Of a stretch of DNA of 64,000 nt, positions 46,601 through 54,059 are shown in pieces. The notes below the pieces were generated by a model. The model saw only the letters and a list, made by a program, of their open reading frames with translations, searched no databases and had not been told where the DNA came from. Positions within the stretch are counted from its first letter, which is position 1, and every line of letters begins with the position of its first letter. This stretch comes from Verrucomicrobiaceae bacterium. GTDB taxonomy: Bacteria; Verrucomicrobiota; Verrucomicrobiia; Verrucomicrobiales; Akkermansiaceae. Both the position numbers and the translations under genes were made by a program. The DNA lies in the NCBI GenBank assembly GCA_051252135.1, contig JBPOGH010000007.1:160001-224000 (forward strand), written 5' to 3'.

Positions 46601-49084
46601 TTTGCGGGCCGGAGTACGTCGACCAATTCCTTTACCGAGCAGCTGACGCTGCCGAACGATCGTTTCCCGACCGGTGATGCGTATACGACGAACAGCCAAT
46701 ATATTCAGGCGATGTATACCTTGTTGAAGGAGTCACCCGAGTTCCGGCTTCGCATGGCCGATCGCGGTCAGAAGCATCTCTACAATGGCGGGGCGCTGGT
46801 GACTTCCGAGATTTCGACGGTATACGACGAATTGCGGAACGAGGTGACGCCGATTATCGAGGAGACGATCGGCGGGTCATTTCGGTCGTCCTTTTACACG
46901 GGTTGGATTGCGAACGGGGCGCGCTTCAATGCGCTGACGAGCCAGCTCGTGAGTGAGGGGGCGTGGCCATCGGTTGATGCACCCGCTTTGAACCAGCATG
47001 GCGGGGAGATATCGTCGGGATTCCAGCTGGGTTTGAGTAATCCGAATGGTGGCGGGGTGGTTTATTTTACGACTGATGGAAGTGATCCCAGGGTATTGGG
47101 CGGCGGAATCGCGGGGACTCCTTACGCGGGGCCGGTGACGCTCAACGATGACACGAGGGTGCGGGCCCGGGTCCTGGAAGGGGGCACCTGGAGTCCGGAA
47201 ATTGATGTCGAGTTCACGCTGCCCTTTGCCCATCCGACCTTTATGTCCACTGTGAATGCCGATTGGACCGCAGATGGGAATTGGTCGAGTTCTCCTGCGG
47301 CGTATCCCAACGGGAGCGGGGTTACGGCGGTGGTGCCGGGTGCGGTGGGTGCATCGCGTAATGCGGAGCTTCGAGCTCCGGTGACGGTGGGCAAGCTTCA
47401 CTTCGATCTGGAAAGTTCGGAGAGCCGGAGCCGAGTCCGGGATCGTAATACGGGGAACACGTTGACGTTTGCCGATTCGGGTGGGACGGCGGAGATTTCA
47501 GTGACCGGTCTTGGTTCGGGGTATGGAGAGCTTGAAGTGGAAGCGGGGACGGTTCTGGCGAGTGATTTGAGATTGGATGTGCAGAATAAGGCCGGTGATT
47601 CCGAGTATGGCGCGCTGCGTTTGCGAAGCGGGTTCAGTGGGTCAGGCGGGCTGGTGAAGGCGGGGCCGGGGATTGCGTCGATGACGGGAGATGGCAAGAA
47701 TTACACCGGAGCAACGGTCGTCGAACGGGGCGTGCTTCAGCTCACCGCACCTGCTGCTCCGGTAGCCAGTAGTTCGGTTGCGGTTCTGCCGGGCGGGCAG
47801 CTCCGGTTGACATCGGGAAGTGGAGTTGGAGGACCGGCACGGGACTACTCCTTTGGTGGGAATTTAGGCCTCTCGGGAATCGGCAGGGGGAGTGAAATCG
47901 CGGACGGAGCGGGAAACGGGAAGTTGGGTGCTTTGCGTTATGACCCGGGAACCAGTGGCAACCATGCGTTGATTTCGACGTCGGTCTCGCTGGAGGCGAC
48001 TGCGGAGATTCATGTGGCGGGGTCCGATAACCTGCTGGAATTGGCGATGCCCCTGACAGGAGTCGGGCCGCTGGTGAAATCGGGTGGTGGCACGCTTTTT
48101 CTGAATGGCGACCAAAGCGCGTCGTCTTATCCAATTACGGTGGATACGGGAGGGCTCGAAATTCAGGGGACAGTGGGTTCCGCGCTTTATTTGTCTCCAA
48201 CAGCGACCCTTAAGGGTCATGGGAGCGCGGGGTCGATCACGGGAGAGGGGAGGATTGTGCTGGAGCAGACCTTACTTCAGGCACCTGCTTCCAACGCGAG
48301 TGGTTATTCGTTTGTCTTTGGGGCGAGTGGGCTTCCTGATTTCAACCAACCAGCTCTTTCGGTGAATGCCGCGATGCTTTTGGAAGAGGCTCCAACCGGA
48401 GTTCTGGGGCTGGATTTCTATCTTACGGGGAGTGCCAATACGATGGGGGCGGTTTCCCGTGGAGGGTTGGTTGTTCCGGTTTCCGAAGATTTGGAAGGCG
48501 CGTTGTTGTCGGCCCAGATCAGGGTCTTTTCGGCTGATCCTGCGGGCGTTCATGCCTTTGAGGGGCAGACCTGGAGTCCGGTGACGGATTTTGAGCTGAC
48601 CTCGGTTGTTTCCGAGATCGGGCAAGCGTCGCCGTTTGGCGAGGTGAGAATCCTGGAACTGAGGAATGGCGGGGGGACATCAAGCAGTTTCGAGGGTTGG
48701 CGCCAGGAGCGGTTTAGCGAAGCGGAGCTTGCGGATCCGGCCATTTCCGGGCCATTGGCCAGCCCCTTTGATGATGGGATCAGCAATCTTATCCGCTATG
48801 CCTTTGGGGTTCCAAACGGGGTCCGGGGGGAGAGCTTCCTTCCCCGGCTGACTTCGACATCAGCGGGGGTTGGAGTTGAATTTCCGTTTGAGAGCGGACG
48901 GAACGACATTGAAGTGGTGGTGGAGTCGACGGATACGCTGGATGATTGGTCTTCGGCGACCCTTTTGTTCAATTCGTCCCTGGGATTCACTCCTACAGCG
49001 AATGGGGAAGGGCGGATCCGGATTGCTGATTCCCGGGTGGAGGTGGGGAAACGGTTCTACCGGGTTCGGGTGACGGAGCGATGA
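43694..49084 (+). CDS. CotH kinase family protein with lamin-tail, galactose-binding-like, CHB_HEX_C-like and autotransporter-associated repeat domains
   Basis: Signal peptide; DWIEIRN...LSDD...HTNFKLSAGG (lamin tail); IRFTTDGSDP; INGVYKGYY..AER, DWPHNNW, WRFYVWDAE (CotH); LVKAGPG...NYTGATVVERG; C-terminal KRFYRVRV. Confidence 0.88.
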   Translation: MKSHLVPCLLAALPFIGEAGLLLNEFSATHSDHLLVREAGEYPRVGNTIPWRSADYDDTGWQEGNGPFGSGVSGLTVGTDVTGEVQGRTPSLYLRKEFNASAGEAASNATLQFEVRYDDGFIAFLNGVEVARRGMGFAGMFGYHDQPAYVSHSPSSTETIDLGVASSLLQSGDNLLCVQVHNETGSYGGDLYLDAELRLEGGAVIVEGDSSWRYFAGRAAPSGGLVDYGLLGKELGEAPDVLWGTISFDDSVWASGVGPVGYDTADPADYVVGTDVLSEMHGVTPSVYLRHNFVVTQAEADSAFPLSLEVDFDDGMIVYLNGFEVYRDNVGTAGVATGHEVDADGNHPATGDGGSATDRSQMITLGAAQSLLVTGDNVLAIQLHNASSTSSDLIGKATLSTTGASPRVLVSPTDALRYFVGIEEPAALVGEDDLGAIEEPFDSENDWIEIRNPDGVAVSLDGWSLSDDPTDTRKWSFPADAVIPSNGYYVVMASGLDLSPGADGTTYAHTNFKLSAGGDQMVLTRPDGGVEDQLPGDYPVQTWRYTYGRQSDGAWGYLSLGTPGAANVGAALGEAPGLPLVSVEGGFYASTQTVSLSSATPGSTIRFTTDGSDPLDGILYTGPIQVASNRVIRARSMMTDAIPSEIVTHTYLINQGAAYQSIPAMILSGDPEKTFYGPNTSGGPSNGEGIFAINGGNYDGGSWSDNGETTAFNNAAGSGRSNEKYGALEYLPMSGEPLRTELGMRVAGSGHTRVRLKITDPMDQPFTSTSTSSTKFEKPSLNIFFRPEFGDRPINYPFFGSNSVTEFDSLRVRAGKNDWYNPFIKDELMRRLFIRSGQVGSYGTIHTLWINGVYKGYYNSAERVREGFMQAHYNSNESWDVQQVNSFSSGDPINWNKMISYLRTADLTTEAGYAGVHDYLDVDNYIDYILVNAYAAMGDWPHNNWIAARERTSLGRWRFYVWDAEGSFGFAGRSTSTNSFTEQLTLPNDRFPTGDAYTTNSQYIQAMYTLLKESPEFRLRMADRGQKHLYNGGALVTSEISTVYDELRNEVTPIIEETIGGSFRSSFYTGWIANGARFNALTSQLVSEGAWPSVDAPALNQHGGEISSGFQLGLSNPNGGGVVYFTTDGSDPRVLGGGIAGTPYAGPVTLNDDTRVRARVLEGGTWSPEIDVEFTLPFAHPTFMSTVNADWTADGNWSSSPAAYPNGSGVTAVVPGAVGASRNAELRAPVTVGKLHFDLESSESRSRVRDRNTGNTLTFADSGGTAEISVTGLGSGYGELEVEAGTVLASDLRLDVQNKAGDSEYGALRLRSGFSGSGGLVKAGPGIASMTGDGKNYTGATVVERGVLQLTAPAAPVASSSVAVLPGGQLRLTSGSGVGGPARDYSFGGNLGLSGIGRGSEIADGAGNGKLGALRYDPGTSGNHALISTSVSLEATAEIHVAGSDNLLELAMPLTGVGPLVKSGGGTLFLNGDQSASSYPITVDTGGLEIQGTVGSALYLSPTATLKGHGSAGSITGEGRIVLEQTLLQAPASNASGYSFVFGASGLPDFNQPALSVNAAMLLEEAPTGVLGLDFYLTGSANTMGAVSRGGLVVPVSEDLEGALLSAQIRVFSADPAGVHAFEGQTWSPVTDFELTSVVSEIGQASPFGEVRILELRNGGGTSSSFEGWRQERFSEAELADPAISGPLASPFDDGISNLIRYAFGVPNGVRGESFLPRLTSTSAGVGVEFPFESGRNDIEVVVESTDTLDDWSSATLLFNSSLGFTPTANGEGRIRIADSRVEVGKRFYRVRVTER

Positions 49085-49107
49085 TGGGTGTCTCGGGCGG
49101 TGGTGGT

Positions 49108-49127
49108 TGTCACGTGTTTTAGTGACA
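49108..49127. promoter_or_regulatory. Palindromic operator copy 4 (TGTCAC-GTGTTTTA-GTGACA)
   Basis: Perfect palindrome; its reverse complement TGTCACTAAAACACGTGACA differs from copy 2 at one base; TATTCT at 49150-49155 (22-bp gap). Confidence 0.8.
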
Positions 49128-49219
49128 TGACAGGTGAGAGGGGTGTCGGTATTCTGCTGCCTATGAATCGATTCCTGAAAAGATGGCTGAAACAGTCAGG
49201 GGCCATGAGGCTCATGGGC

Positions 49220-49239
49220 TGTCGTCTGTTTACGTGACA
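49220..49239. promoter_or_regulatory. Degenerate operator copy 5 (TGTCGT-CTGTTTAC-GTGACA)
   Basis: Right half perfect and followed by TGACA as in copy 4; left half 4/6; AATTCT at 49262-49267 (22-bp gap). Confidence 0.55.
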
Positions 49240-49330
49240 TGACAACGGAGCCTTTTTGTTCAATTCTGGCCCTCAGTTGTTCTTGCTTTGAATAGAAAAA
49301 CCAATGCGGGGCTGCAACAATACGACTATT

Positions 49331-50032
49331 ATGAAAATAAGAAACAAAACAACATTGCCCAAGCTGGCAGTTCTACTGGCTGCGGGCACGATGAGTGCCT
49401 CCGGTGCGGTAATCGCTGGTTGGGATAGCGATTGGAGTACTACGACTGCAGATCAACTCGTTGGTGCAACGGGTGTGAGAGCAGATGTTAGTGGAACTGG
49501 TCTGGGAATCAATTTCCGTGGAAGTAGTGACGATGGAACCTTTGGGTCGATCGCTGGCGCGGACCCATCATTTGGAACTGCAGCTGCAGATCACAAGTTG
49601 GGTGGTCGTTTCTCTACCACAGCTGCTGCTACTGTTGACTTCACGGTAACCGATACTTCAGGATTGGATCGTGATTTGACTACTTTCAGTTTCGATTCGG
49701 TCACCAGGAATGGAACGCAGGTCGGAAGCTTTACCCTGAGTGTTGTTTCCGGTGGTGCGCTTACACCGGGAACTGTGGGGACCGGAAATATTGCCGCTAG
49801 TTTCACGGCGAACTTCCTTGAAGATTATGACGTTTCTCTTACGGGGTTGGCTGACAATACCCTTGAGGCTAACGGGTCGGTGACTTTCCGACTTGCTTTT
49901 GTGCAGTCTACAGCAAAGCACCTTGAGCTTGATAACGTCGCTGTTAGCGGGGTTGCATCAGTTCCCGAGCCATCGTCCGCTCTCCTTCTTGGGTTGAGTG
50001 GTCTCGCTCTCATGGCACGTCGGCGCAAGTAG
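49331..50032 (+). CDS. PEP-CTERM protein consisting of the shared AGWD...DNVA domain
   Basis: Signal peptide; VIAGWD...LELDNVAVSG; VPEPSSALLLGLSGLALMARRRK. ATG 49331 preferred over 49304. Confidence 0.92.
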   Translation: MKIRNKTTLPKLAVLLAAGTMSASGAVIAGWDSDWSTTTADQLVGATGVRADVSGTGLGINFRGSSDDGTFGSIAGADPSFGTAAADHKLGGRFSTTAAATVDFTVTDTSGLDRDLTTFSFDSVTRNGTQVGSFTLSVVSGGALTPGTVGTGNIAASFTANFLEDYDVSLTGLADNTLEANGSVTFRLAFVQSTAKHLELDNVAVSGVASVPEPSSALLLGLSGLALMARRRK

Positions 50033-50072
50033 TCGGCAGTGCTACGATAAGATTTTTATCGTGTGTATATTG

Positions 50073-50108
50073 GGAGGGTGTGTCGCGAGGCACGCCCTCC
50101 TTTTCTTT
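50073..50108 (+). terminator. Intrinsic terminator after the PEP-CTERM gene
   Basis: GGAGGGTGTGTC-GCGA-GGCACGCCCTCC followed by TTTTCTTT. Confidence 0.85.
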
Positions 50109-50137
50109 GAACTTTTACCAAGAACAACTTACTGGAA

Positions 50138-53100
50138 ATGAAACAGGTTATCTTCGTCGCCTTTTTAATGATCGGAGTTTGCGTCGGGCAGACGTTCAAT
50201 GAGAGCGGCGGTTTGGTGGTGATGGAGATGGAGAGTACCCCATCGGTTCGGGGGCAGTGGCAGGAGGAGAGTTCGCTTTCGGGATTTACGGGGTCGGGTT
50301 ACTTGCGGTTTTTAGGGAACACTTTTGAGACGGGGCCGGCGGATTCTCCGCTGGAGTTCAATTTTAAGATTAATCAGGCGGGCTTGTATTATTTGCACCT
50401 GCATTGCGCGAAGGAGACGCATGAGGGGCGCACGGATGTGGCGAACGATTGTTATGTGCGGGTTGAAGGGGATTACACGGCGGGGCCGGGACCGCATGAC
50501 GGGCATGGCGACAATGCGTCGTTGGCCTTGCTGCAGGCGGATACGAAGTATTTTGGAGGAGCGACGAATGCGTGGAAGTGGGAGAACGGTCAGGATTCGT
50601 CGGGTGGAGCGGGGAATCTCGATCCGGGTGGTCACCAGAACAAGCGGGTGGCGGTCTATGACTTTAAGGCTGGTGAGACCTACAAGTTGGTGGTGTCGGG
50701 GAGGTCGAAGTTTTTCCGGATCAATCGTCTCGTTTTCCGGCACAGTGGGACGGCGGCGAGTGTCGCTCAGGATTTGAGCACTCCGGAGTCGGGCGTGTTA
50801 TCGGGGGGCGTGAGTTATCTTTACGATGCGCGGACGGATTTCCCGAGTATCGATGGAGGAGACGTTCCTTACTACAAGGACAATGGAAATGGCGCGCTGG
50901 CGATTGCGGCGAATGTTGTGGCGAATCGCACGGGCTTTGCGCGGGCCTCGCGGACCTTTGAGGGAGTTTCGGGGACTTATGATGTGACGATCACGACGAT
51001 GACGGAGGAAGATGGGGAGTCGGAGTATCGGCTGCTGGTGAATGGGGTTCAGGTGGCGACTTACACGAATCCTTTTGTGTTCGATCCGCCGGAGTCGCCG
51101 CTCGATTTGCAGCCGAATACGCACACGTGGACGGGGATTACGATTCCGGGTGGGGCGACGATCGCAGTGGAGTCGAATGCCGATACGAACGGGGAGATTC
51201 CCGAGGAAGGCGGGACGGCTTGGGCGCGGGGAAGGTGGAGTCAGATTGAGTTTGTGAATACCGATGCGAATTCGGTGGTGAAGCCGCCTGCGGGAAGGTT
51301 GGCGATTGTCTCCGATGGAAACTCACCGGACCCGGATGACATCGGGGCGAAGGCGGTGATGTTTGGCATTTTAAAGGGCGCAAGTATGCAGGATCGACTG
51401 GTGCATGTGTCGCATTCTTGTGATCTCGATCCTTTTTCCAACCCGGGGAACCAGACGATTGATGCTCCGAACGAGCTTCGGCGTCAGAACAAGCTGCACC
51501 AACTGACGGGCGAGGGGATTGGCTTTTTTGGGCCCTTTCCGAATTTGGCGGACTACTACAACTGTCGGACCGAGCAGCAGGCGGCGGTGGATGACTTGCG
51601 GGATGCGATTAACGCGTCATCGGCGAGTGATCCTCTGTGGATCGTGGAGGGCGGGGAGCCGGATGTGATTGGCTATGCGCTGCAGGCGGCGACGGCATCG
51701 AAGCGGCAGTTTGTGCACGTCATTTCCCATCATCCGGCAAACGACAACAGTGGCGACTTTTTCACCTGGCAGCAGATTTTGGACTTCGGAGTGACGGAGC
51801 ATCAGATTGGTGATCAGAACGTGGGACTGCAGGTTCAGATCAGTAGCGGGGTGTGGGACTGGGCGGAGAATCATGTGCGGCCGGAGATTGCCTGGATTTG
51901 GGATCAGCTGAAATATGCGGAGCAGGATGGGGTGGTTGGTTTTCAGGCCAACAAGTTCGATTGTTCGGATGCGGGAATGGTTTACTGGTGGCTCTCGGGG
52001 GCGACGAATGGAGGGAACAAGAACTCGACGCCGGCCGAGATGCAGGCGCTCTTGCTGAAGGAGGAAGAGGTGGTGCCCGAGTTGATGATTGGGGTGGATG
52101 CGGATGCGAGTGTGAAGGAAGACGAGACGGTGGTGGAGCAGGATCAACCGACCACTCTCCTGGGGGCGGGAGGAAACAATCCGTGGGTGGATCGGGCGTC
52201 GGTTTATGTGTTTCAATTGCCTGATCTGGGTGAGGTGGCGAATCCCTTTGTGACGAGCTCGTTGACGTTTGATTTTTCGGCGAAGCAGGGGACTTTGAAA
52301 AACAACGATCTTTATGGACTGGGGCGTCGGGCTTCGGCGGAGGTTTTGGGGAGTGATTACTATGGTCAAACATCGGTGGTGGATGCCAGCGATGCGACGC
52401 GGCTGCAGTCGGATATTCTGACGAACTCAACTGCCTTGGGGTCGGTGAGCACGTCGGGTGCGGGGAGCACGGCGCTGCGGGATTATCTCAATGCGCAATA
52501 CGATTCGGGCGCGGGTGCGGGAGAGTTTGTTTTTCTGCGATTGAATACCTCGGAGCCGAAGAGCGGGATTCATCGGGCGACGCTGACGATGTCGGAAGGG
52601 AGTGCGGCCAGTCCGGTCGATACACGCCCGCGGATCAGCTACACGGTCGGGGGAACGCCCGTGGCCGAGGTGCCCCGGGTTGTCGCGGGCTGGGATCAGT
52701 GGGGAAGCAATACGGCACCTGAAGCCACGGTGACAGGCGCGGGGATTGTCGCGACGGCTGCGGCGTCAGCGGCGACAGGGAGTTGGGGAATTGCGGATGA
52801 CAATAGCAGCGGTCGGGGTGCCAGTGGGGACGGGACGTGGGGATCGTTTGATGGTGGAGGCGTGGCGGCGAGTGCGGTGAGCTCGGGCGAAGGTTCGAAT
52901 ATGACGGCTTTCAACGGGGTGACCGATGCCGAGATCACCTTTTCGATCACCAACAATGCTTCCGCTGACTGGGAGTTGAAGGGCTTTCATATGGACGTGG
53001 TGGCTTTTCGACCAAACGCGCCCCGGACTTATGAGCTGGAAGTGCTGGGTGGTGACATTTCCCATGGGGTTGTGGTGACTTCGGGGGAGGACGAGATTCG

Positions 53101-53689
53101 GAGTCTGGGCGGGACGTTCTCGGGGAACAACGATGATCATGATGAGGTTGACGTGGACCTGTCGGGGCTGGCTGATGCGACGCTCAGATCGGGAGAGTCG
53201 GCGGTGATCCGGATTCGCTTTTCGAGTGGGACAGGCTCGGGAGGCGGGCATCATTTGTTTTTGGACAATGTCGCGTTCTCGGGTGTGACGGCATCGGTGA
53301 GTGAGAAGCAAGGATGGCGCCTGGAACATTTTGGAACCGATCAGAATGCGGGTGTGGCGGCTGATTCGTTTGATGCGGATGGTGATGGAGAAGTGAACTT
53401 GCTGGAGTTTGCGACGGGGCAGAATCCGTTGGTGGGATCACGGGCGGAAACGCCGGTTGGCGTGAGTGGGGGAGGGCTTGAGTTTCGTTATTCCCGGAGC
53501 AAGACGGCGCTGGCGGATGGGGTGAATTTTTTGGTGGAGTGGAGCGATTCCTTGCTGAGTGATTCCTGGAGTGGCCTCGGAGTTTTTGAAACGCTGGAAT
53601 CAGAAAACAGCGAGGTGGAGAATGTGGTGGCGACGCTGCCGATGGGGGAGGCGGGTCGACGTTTTGTGCATTTGAAGGTGATGCCTTAG
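50138..53689 (+). CDS. Secreted modular protein: two CBM-like beta domains, nucleoside-hydrolase-like domain, two modules shared with 57296-60487, C-terminal module
   Basis: Signal peptide; RLAIVSDGNSPDPDD Asp-rich motif; VYVFQLPDLG...RPRISY module; VVAGWD...LFLDNVAFSG; DADGDGEVNLLEFA...RRFVHLKV. Confidence 0.85.
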   Translation: MKQVIFVAFLMIGVCVGQTFNESGGLVVMEMESTPSVRGQWQEESSLSGFTGSGYLRFLGNTFETGPADSPLEFNFKINQAGLYYLHLHCAKETHEGRTDVANDCYVRVEGDYTAGPGPHDGHGDNASLALLQADTKYFGGATNAWKWENGQDSSGGAGNLDPGGHQNKRVAVYDFKAGETYKLVVSGRSKFFRINRLVFRHSGTAASVAQDLSTPESGVLSGGVSYLYDARTDFPSIDGGDVPYYKDNGNGALAIAANVVANRTGFARASRTFEGVSGTYDVTITTMTEEDGESEYRLLVNGVQVATYTNPFVFDPPESPLDLQPNTHTWTGITIPGGATIAVESNADTNGEIPEEGGTAWARGRWSQIEFVNTDANSVVKPPAGRLAIVSDGNSPDPDDIGAKAVMFGILKGASMQDRLVHVSHSCDLDPFSNPGNQTIDAPNELRRQNKLHQLTGEGIGFFGPFPNLADYYNCRTEQQAAVDDLRDAINASSASDPLWIVEGGEPDVIGYALQAATASKRQFVHVISHHPANDNSGDFFTWQQILDFGVTEHQIGDQNVGLQVQISSGVWDWAENHVRPEIAWIWDQLKYAEQDGVVGFQANKFDCSDAGMVYWWLSGATNGGNKNSTPAEMQALLLKEEEVVPELMIGVDADASVKEDETVVEQDQPTTLLGAGGNNPWVDRASVYVFQLPDLGEVANPFVTSSLTFDFSAKQGTLKNNDLYGLGRRASAEVLGSDYYGQTSVVDASDATRLQSDILTNSTALGSVSTSGAGSTALRDYLNAQYDSGAGAGEFVFLRLNTSEPKSGIHRATLTMSEGSAASPVDTRPRISYTVGGTPVAEVPRVVAGWDQWGSNTAPEATVTGAGIVATAAASAATGSWGIADDNSSGRGASGDGTWGSFDGGGVAASAVSSGEGSNMTAFNGVTDAEITFSITNNASADWELKGFHMDVVAFRPNAPRTYELEVLGGDISHGVVVTSGEDEIRSLGGTFSGNNDDHDEVDVDLSGLADATLRSGESAVIRIRFSSGTGSGGGHHLFLDNVAFSGVTASVSEKQGWRLEHFGTDQNAGVAADSFDADGDGEVNLLEFATGQNPLVGSRAETPVGVSGGGLEFRYSRSKTALADGVNFLVEWSDSLLSDSWSGLGVFETLESENSEVENVVATLPMGEAGRRFVHLKVMP

Positions 53690-53760
53690 AGCGAGTTTCG
53701 CTAGCGAGCGACGTGGGCGAGATTAGATCGCACTTTCAGCGCTCATGATCTGCGTGGGGA

Positions 53761-53902
53761 TTAACCCAGGCCGTCGCTTTGCTTTGACCTGGGCTGAGTT
53801 AGCTCGCCTCGTTGAGGCTGTTGAGGACTGCTGAAGCGAGGGGCTTAACCGAGGCCGGCGTGGTGGTTTGGACTGGGCTGAGGAGTGTTGCCTCGGCGAG
53901 GC
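53761..53902 (+). repeat. Two degenerate 58-bp REP-like direct repeats (53761-53818, 53845-53902)
   Basis: Ungapped alignment TTAACC(C/G)AGGCCG...TTTG..CTGGGCTGAG...GCCTCG..GAGGC; each copy ends in a GCCTC/GAGGC hairpin. Confidence 0.65.
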
Positions 53903-53993
53903 CTCTGGTTGTGGTGTTGGTTGGGTTTTGTTGAATTGGCCTTGGGCTGGTGATTGCCCGACCGTCCAAGCGGCGGGGGCGCCGCGACTCCTT

Positions 53994-54013
53994 TGTCCCT
54001 TAAACGAGGGACA
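53994..54013. promoter_or_regulatory. Variant operator copy 6 (TGTCCC-TTAAACGA-GGGACA)
   Basis: Same 6-8-6 geometry with a symmetric substitution in both halves; TAGGCT at 54047-54052 (33-bp gap); upstream of the second CotH gene. Could instead be an RNA hairpin. Confidence 0.45.
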
Positions 54014-54059
54014 CGAGGGGGCATCGACAAGAGGTGGGTTGTTTCTTAGGCTTGGAGCT

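Noticed and set aside
37580..49084. Calling the proteins with autotransporter-associated repeats true autotransporters
   Set aside because: Neither has a C-terminal ~300-aa beta-barrel ending in an aromatic residue.
53761..53902. CRISPR array
   Set aside because: Only two degenerate 58-bp units and no cas genes.
53868..54059. N-terminal extension of the second CotH ORF from 53868
   Set aside because: It runs through the repeat and palindrome region; the signal peptide begins at ATG 54060.
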